Origin: Antedon mediterranea
Lineage: Eukaryota > Animalia > Echinodermata
Assembly: GCF_964355755.1 (NCBI RefSeq)
Contig: NC_092673.1
Location: forward strand, 18,225,648 to 18,289,647
Direction of reading: 5' to 3'
DNA length: 64,000 nt
Shown: in pieces, positions 30,701-39,700 of the stretch
Layout: each line of letters starts with the position of its first letter
Numbering within the stretch: position 1 is the stretch's first letter
The notes under the pieces: generated by a model
The model's database searches: none
What the model was told of the DNA's origin: nothing
Seen by the model: only the letters and a program-made list of their open reading frames with translations
Program-made: the position numbers and the translations under genes

Positions 30701-33700
30701 GTATCAATTGTAAATGTTATTGCTGCATACCCCACCTTAACTAGCACCATGGAGCTAACTCCAGTGATTTCAAGATATTTACCAATTACTTCATGTTTTT
30801 ACTGTATCTATTGTAAATGTTATTGCTGCATACCCCACCTTAACTAGCACCATGGAGCTAACTCCAGTGATTTCAAGATATTTACCAATTACTTCATGTA
30901 TTTACTGTATCAATTGTAAATGTTATTGCTGCATACCCCACCTTAACTAGCACCATGGAGCTAACTCCAGTGATTTCAAGATATTTACCAATTACTTCAT
31001 GTATTTACTGTATCAATTGTAAATGTTATTGCTGCATACCCCACCTTAACTAGCACCATGGAGCTAACTCCAGTGATTTCAAGATATTTACCAATTACTT
31101 CATGTATTTACTGTATCAATTGTAAATGTTATTGCTGCATACCCCACCTTAACTAGCACCATGGAGCTAACTCCAGTGATTTCAAGATATTTACCAATTA
31201 CTTCATGTATTTACTGTATCTATTGTAAATGTTATTGCTGCATACCCCACCTTAACTAGCACCATGGAGCTAACTCCAGTGATTTCAAGATATTTACCAA
31301 TTACTTCATGTATTTACTGTATCTATTGTAAATGTTATTGCTGCATACCCCACCTTAACTAGCCCCATGGAGCTAACTCCAGTGATTTCAAGATATTTAC
31401 CAATTACTTCATGTATTTACTGTATCAATTGTAAATGTTATTGCTGCATACCCCACCTTAACTAGCACCATGGAGCTAACTCCAGTGATTTCAAGATATT
31501 TACCAATTACTTCATGTATTTACTGTATCAATTGTAAATGTTATTGCTGATATAAAAACAAGCTACTCAGCTGCTCTTGGCACATCGACACAAATGCCTT
31601 TTACTTATTATAGTATTTGAGGTCATTTATTTTGAAATGGATTCTATGAGAATTATTTGTATATTATAGTTTATTGTATATTGTAAATATTTTTTATAAC
31701 ATTTTTTACAATTTTTCCTAAATTTTGATTGTCTATTTCTTTTTCTTTTCAAGATGAAACAAAACCTTCAAAGAAGGAAGAATCAAACCAAGGTAAAGTA
31801 GACATTAATTATGTGTGCCAACTGTATTAAAATATTCTAAACCAAAATTGTCATCAATTGTCTTATTCTTAATGAATAATAATATTCAAATATTAACTGG
31901 TTTTAGGTAAGTGGTTCAAAGGTCAAGGTGATCTAGAGACTAAAAAATTTCCCAAAACATCACCAGCCATTAGTTTAGAATAATGTTAGCAGCTAAATAA
32001 GAAATGAAATGAAACAAAAACAACTCTTATAAATGGTCAATGGTCTGCCTTTCTTAAACATTCTCTATTTTCTATTTTAACTATTTTGTTTGATATTTGT
32101 TAAAGATGTATAAAAACATGAATAATTTATTAGTCCATTTTACAGTTTCAATACATTTTTTTCACTTCCATAGAAAAAAAAAACAAGCGAACATAATTAT
32201 TTATTCAAGTAAAATAATTTTGTTTTCGATTTTTGGTCAAAGTGAATAAATATATGTGATACTATGGCACAAAAAAAAATGTTTAAACATTGTTTTTGTG
32301 AGACAATATATCTTTAATAATATCTGTTTTTTAAAGATTTTTTTAGAACTTGTTACATCTTATTCTTCTTGTAATGATATAGATTTACGATGTCAATATG
32401 CGTACTTCTAATTTCTTACATCACATTTTAATCATTAGCTCAAGGCTAGCAGGAGTGACTTCATTAGTCTAAAATTGACAAAAATGTGTAAATTTGAGAA
32501 ATGTATAGTACTTTATTTGTTATGTGTCTATACTTTAACAAATATATGTTGCTGTAACTCTATCTATCAAAATAAATATTAATTTCATTTTCAGAGAAAA
32601 AAATAATAATTTTAAAAACTTCGATGAAAAAATTAATATATCATTTTTGCCTTACAGAAATTTCAGAGAATAATTTCCGGCAACTGTTAACTGATACAGC
32701 AGCATGGTTTGATGGACTTGGATATCTCAAAATATTGAAAGTTTTATACAAAGACCTTCTTTCAAAATCTAACGTTGAGGTGGAAAGAGCTAGAAGTGTT
32801 TGGGATCTGCTACAGGATTTAAGAGCTTCAGGAAGTTTGAGTACATCAAATCTTACTCTTCTATATGACACAATAACAGTAACCAAGCAATTTGGCTTCC
32901 AGTCAAACGTTGAGAATCAACCTCCAAAAGATATTAAGGATCATGTAGTATCAATGTTGACACCATTCAGACAGAAGGTTTATCAACTGGGAGTAGAACT
33001 TACGAAGGATGAAGTATCAACACTTGCCAGGTTATTTAACAATATATTGGTAAAGACATATCAAGACAGCTGGAGTATGATAATGGACTTTGAACATAGA
33101 GGGATCATTGATGAGGATTTCACAAAGATGGTTGTGTTTCGTAGAGTTTTAGAACAAAATGGAATGACAAAAGCTAGGAAGATTTTCATTGATGGTTGGT
33201 TGGTTTATTTGTTTTTAGTTCATCATCATGGTTCATTGTTAAAACATATAGTACATACTGTAGTACACTTCAATCAAGTAAAAGTACTGTAACAAATTAA
33301 ACAATTTAGGATTCAAATTATTATGATGTCCCTGTCTGTCTGCTATTATAGTTGATTAAGGATATCAACCAACATTCTGTTAAATGTCAATTAGGCTGAA
33401 TTAAATGACAAGTTAGTAAAATAACAATAATATGCTCAATGAGTCCAATGGAAAATGAGCTGAACTGAAAAGTGTGTGTGTATTCCATGATATTATCCCT
33501 ATACATCAGATTGACCCAAACCTTTGAAACATAATAATAATCTGCATTATAAAATTGTGAATGACTCATAATTCCTGTAAAGCCCAGCATACCATTTGAG
33601 GGTCAAAGTACCGACTCTGAGGCTGATTCAGACCTTTGCTATTGCAAGAGGATCATTAAGTTGTTTAAGAAAACCACAGGTTGACAGCATACCCATCACC

Positions 33701-36700
33701 ACCTCAGTGCCAATTTATGCAGCCGGACACTTAAACCATTATAAACTTAAGTTTAGATTATATGGCAGCATAAATGTTGTAAAATTATAGAGATCAACAC
33801 TTCTGCCTATCCCAGTTTATTTACATTTCCTAATTAAGAGCTTGTTTCAATGACAATTAGCTTACTGAAACACTTCTTTTAATCATCATCCATCCTACTG
33901 TAGGTGGATTGAAAAATCCAGAAGTCATCCAGTAGTCATACTCTACATAATTATATGTATTCTAAATAAGTATATGTCTTCTGGTACAGGCATGTCTAGG
34001 TCTTATGATGCAAGTGTGTCTTCTGGTGCAGGCGCATCTTCTGGTGCAGGTGTGTCTTCTGATGCAGGTGTGTCTTATGGTGCGTAAAAAAACAACATTT
34101 CCCGCACAATTTCACATAAATATCTGTATTCTGACAGATTTGCAAAATGTTTAGTTAACAAATTTAAAACTTCAAACACTTTACAACTTCCCAAACAAAA
34201 GTTGCGGAAAGAAGTATAAAGGAAAAAAAAAGAAATCTTATAATCACAATGGAACCAATCAAGTTGATGATATAACTATTTATTACACCTAAGTAGATTC
34301 TTGTCATTTTATTGAACAATTGGGTCACATGATGGAAAAATAACTGAACTAAATGTTATATACAATACATGTACTGCAATTTTGCGGTGGAAATTACTAT
34401 TTAAATCTTTTTGCTATTATAGGTTATTTAAAGTTGATGCTTATTTTTGCTTAACAATAAAAATGAATGAAATGAAAATTAATGTTGGGACTGAAATATT
34501 GATGGTATATTTAACCACTTTAGATTCAGATTTGCATCAAGATCACTATAGCCGACTGAAAAAAAACATAGCATCCTTAGGTTTAATGATAAGAAAGAAT
34601 GTTCCTGGAGACGGCAATTGTTTTTTCTATTGCATACAAGATCAATTGAAAAGAATGCAACTGCCTGTACAACCTGTAGCAAACATGAGAACTGAACTTG
34701 TAGAATTCTTGCAACAATTGGTGAGACTGAAACTTTTTACAATACTATACAGTAAATGTGCAATAAAATATTACTATATAGGGGTTAATTAACACTTTAC
34801 ATATTTTAGGATAACGACGACCCACTTAAGGAACATGTAAATGATCATTACCTACATAACCTTGAACAAAATGGAACTTGGGTTGATGAAGTTGCAGTGC
34901 GTGCAATGGCCAGGCTTCTCAAATGCAACATAAGGATAGTTACAAGTCAGAAACAAAGTTCTGAATCTGGATATTTGTTCAATGACATCAAAGGAAATTT
35001 GAACTCTGATGACCAGCAGCTTCTTCTTGGTCTGATAGGAGAGGATCATTATGTTAGTTTAGGTAGGATATATGGATGTTGTCACGAACTCCTCTCACGT
35101 ATGTTTCCGAGCGGTTGAAAATACTTTAGGAACTCCCTTGTGACATAAAAGTATACACACAAAATCCACAAAGTTGTAAAATAACTAAAAAACAAAGCTT
35201 TAATTTCAATCAACTTCAACTTTTAACAATCCAGTAAGCACTTTAAACAACAGCTTCACAATGACTTTACAATATAATATCCAACCTCTAATCCAACCTC
35301 TAATCCAACCACCTTCTTCAAAATAAATGCTTCAATCAAAAATCCTTCTCCCACTTACAATTGTCATACTTCCCCTTATATACAATATGTTCATAACCTT
35401 CTAGATCATTCCTTATACTTCTTCTTATTCTATTGATTACAGTTTCTATTAATAGGACTTCTGGAATGTTCTTGATTGTTCTTATTAATTATACATGGTT
35501 TCTTAAATCAAAACATCTAATTCTAGAATGTTCATGTAAATACTATGTTACTCTATATGTTAGGGAATGGTAATTTATTACACTCCCCCCTCTTTCTGAG
35601 CTCAAAACTCTTTCTTGGAGTTTTGAGGGGCAAGTATACACGGACGTGGCAAAAGTTAACCCACTCCTATTCTATAAAACTTAAATACGCCATAATAACA
35701 TACAACATAATCATTAATAATTACTAATAATGAACAAACAATATTCATGTAAATTTGTCGGAATGGTTCACTAACAATTACTGACATAGGAATCATAAAA
35801 TCCTTAAATTTAGTTTTATACTTTGAGGCTTTACAATACTCTGTCAACGAAATATCATGTGAAAATTTCAAAACACTATTACTGCAATGATATAAAACCA
35901 CTAATTTCTCTATGGGTTCTGTCTGGTGTTTAGTAAAAACATGCCTAAATAAAATTCCGTCCTTACAGACCGTCATATCTTCCCGACATAAACCTTCTTT
36001 CCTTTCAATATCTTCCCGATGTAAACGTTCTTGGTTATCCATCATCTGCTGCATCAGAAGACTCTGTTGTTGTATTTGTTGCTTCATTAACAACACCAAA
36101 AAGTCTGTACTGCTGTACACTTTACCGGATATTGTTGTTGATTGTTTATCAGCCATATTTTAAATCTGGATGAGGGTCTTGTTACTAGTTAATCGTAGTT
36201 ACCGAGACGTTCACAAGTCTACTGTTCCAAATAAATAATGTACTGTTCTTAAAACAATGTTTGTGTACTTACGATTAAACAAAACGTAGCACCACGGCTT
36301 CCGTAAAATCTCACAGTATCGTAAGTACCGCTTTAACAAAATATCAATAAAAGTACAGTTGATCCTAAAACAGCCACCAATCTATGGCAAAATACAATAG
36401 ATCAAACTGCTACCACAAAATATCACAACCGTAGATAAATACACAGTTAAGTCGAACAGTAGATCGAAATAACCGCTGCCACCAAATTAGGCTGAACACC
36501 GCTGCCACCAAATTAGGCTGAACACCGCTGCCACCAAATTATGTCACGAACTCCTCTCACGTATGTTTCCGAGCGGTTGAAAATACTTTAGGAACTCCCT
36601 TGTGACATAAAAGTATACACACAAAATCCACAAAGTTGTAAAATAACTCAAAAACAAAGCTTTAATTTCAATCAACTTCAACTTTTAACAATCCAGTAAG

Positions 36701-39700
36701 CGCTTTAAACAACAGCTTCACAATGACTTTACAATATAATATCCAACCTCTAATCCAACCACCTTCTTCAAAATAAATGCTTCAATCAAAATCCTTCTCC
36801 CACTTACAATTGTCATACTTCCCCTTATATACAATATGTTCATAACCTTCTAGATCATTCCTTATACTTCTTCTTATTCTATTGATTACAGTTTCTATTA
36901 ATAGGACTTCTGGAATGTTCTTGATTGTTCTTATTAATTATACATGGTTTCTTAAATCAAAACATCTAATTCTAGAATGTTCATGTAAATACTATGTTAC
37001 TCTATATGTTAGGGAATGGTAATTTATTACAATGTCTAGATCCCCCGAATTTGTTGTACTCTTATACTTTAAAAATGTCAGTACCATTACTATTTTGGGG
37101 GAAAATAGCCCCAATTCAGATAGACCTTTCAGTGTCTATCTGTCGGATGTAATTGAGCTGCATCTGTTACTTTAGCTGATCAAGCCCGGGAAAATCATAT
37201 GCATAATGTGTCAAATATGATGGTCTCTTGTACAGAGACGCAATGAAGTTTTAAAGTAGCCTACATTGATGAAACCAGTGAAATTTTTAATTGTACAAGT
37301 TACGTATAAACAATGTGTTTCAAGCAACACACAAAACAACACCCTGCATGAACTTGTAACACAGAAAATGGATAATGAATGTCGTAACTGAAAATTTCCA
37401 GGAATTACCCTGAGAATTATCGCTCTATTTTACCAATCCAACTTTCTTGATGTTTCAGAAAGAAATGGAATGACAAAAGCTAGGAAGAATTTCATTGATG
37501 GTTGGTTGGTTTATTTGTTTTTTGTTCATCATCATGGTGCATTGTTAAAACATATAGTACATACTGTAGTACAATACAATCAAGTAAGAGTACTGTAACA
37601 AATTAAACAATTTAGGCAGATTCAAATTATTATGATGTCCCTGTCTGTCTGCTGTTATGGTTGATTAAGGATATCAACCAACATTCCGTTAAATGGCAAT
37701 TCAGCTGAATTGAATGACAAGATAGTAAAATAACAATAATATGCTTAATGAGTCCAATGGAAAATGAGCTGAACTGAAAAGTATTTTTGTATTCCATGAT
37801 ATTATCCCTATAAATCAGATTGACCCAAACCTTTGGAACATAATAATAATCTGCATTATAAAATTGTGAATGACTCATAATTCCTGTAAGGCTCAGCATA
37901 CCATTTGAGGGTCAAATTAGTACCGACTCTTTACTATTGCAAGAGGATCATTAAGTTGTATTTTTATTTTATGTCTTTAGGCAATGTGGCCAAGGATTAC
38001 TAATAGTGAATTAATCACTGTCCTATCAGATAGGTGGTAGTCCTCCTGATACAGGGGCTATTTTGTGAACCTGTTCACAGGTTGAGAGCGTACCCATCAC
38101 CACCTCCATGCCAATTTATGTAGCCGGACACCAGTTTATTTACATTTCCTAATTAATAGTTTGTTTCAATGACAATTAGCTTACTGAAACACTTCTTTTA
38201 ATCATCATCCATCCTAGGTGGATTGAAAAATCCAGAAATCATCCAGTAGTCATATTCTACATAATTATATGTATTCTAAATAAGTATATATGTCTTCTGG
38301 TACAGGCATGTCTTTTGGTACTGGCACATCTGGATCTTCTGGTGCAGGTGTGTCGTCTGGTGCAGGTGTGTCTTCTGGTGCAGGTGTGTCTTCTGGTGCA
38401 GACGCATCTTCTGGTGCAGACGAATCTTCTGGTGCAGGTGTGTCTTCTGGTGCAGGCGCATCTTCTGGTGCAGGTGTGTCTTCTGATGCAGTTGTGCCGT
38501 CAGGTGCAGGTGTGTCTTCAGGTGAATATCAAGGCATTAGAACAAGGCTTTATTACCTTTCAATGTTAAGTGAATGTAGTTGTTTATGCAGTTAAAATCT
38601 GTATTTATTAGGCAACCTTAAAATAACTTGAGTTTAAGTTTTTCTTTGACTTTCTCCAAATCTATTCCGTTCATTTCTTTTTTAGGTAGACCTGTGAAGC
38701 AAAACATTATACATTAATCCTGTTTGTTGCTTAAACATTCGTTCCACTCTGTGGTTCACACAATATCAGCTTAGATATTTGAACTTTCCAAAAACTTTTA
38801 TTTATTAAATATTTCACTGTTATTTAACAGTTTATATTAATTTTTAATAGTCAGTAGTTATCGTTTAGCATACTTAAAATAACATCTTGTAGCTAGTTGT
38901 ACTAATAATAAATGTAATTTAATTATTTTACAACATTCCAAAAACTTTTTTCTACAGATGGGGAAGATGAAGATGAATCGCTCATCAAGAAACCAGGTAT
39001 AATCCATCTGTAATCTTTTTTCTGTTAATAACATGTGTATAGATACTTGTTTTATTTATCTTTTTTTTTAATGACTTGATGAAAACTATTGTTAAATGTA
39101 TTAGTGTATTAATCAGCAATTTGAAATTAGTATAGTAGTTGTTTTTTTAAATAGATAAATGTTGTATCATTCCTTGTAAATTTGATATCATTATATAGTA
39201 TTATTTGTATGTACAAAGGCCAGCAGAGTTTCCCTGCTAGATAATAACATTTTTAATTAATTGAAATATCCGTGCCTTTTGATTAAAACAACTAAATAAT
39301 ACTGTATACTGTACATGCCATTCAAACTATATATTTTTTATTTAATCAAGGCTTTGGTACACATTTTAACATAATATTAAAATGGTTTATGTTTAGCATT
39401 TAAACATTTATTTACTTTCAATAACATAGTAACAAAATAAAAGGAGATAAATAATATGACAAAGTAACATTGAAGGAGGACTTGTGTTGAGCAAGCCTGA
39501 AACATAAAATAAAGTGACTGTGTTCATACTTTGTTAACCTAAATAGTGCATACTATTACACACCATGTGACCCACAATAGTCCAATCAAATGACAGGAAT
39601 TATTTAGGTGTTTTATAACACTGTATACTGTACTGTACACATTCAAACTATATATTTTTTATTTAATCAAGGCTTTGATCCACATTTTAACATAATATTA

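Noticed and set aside
21441-31548. CRISPR-like appearance of this and the other long arrays
   Set aside because: Units are head-to-tail with no unique spacers, no cas genes, and the context is eukaryotic
38686-38717. Acceptor-like tttag followed by GRPVKQNIIH*
   Set aside because: Could be another terminal exon, but has no motif or other support
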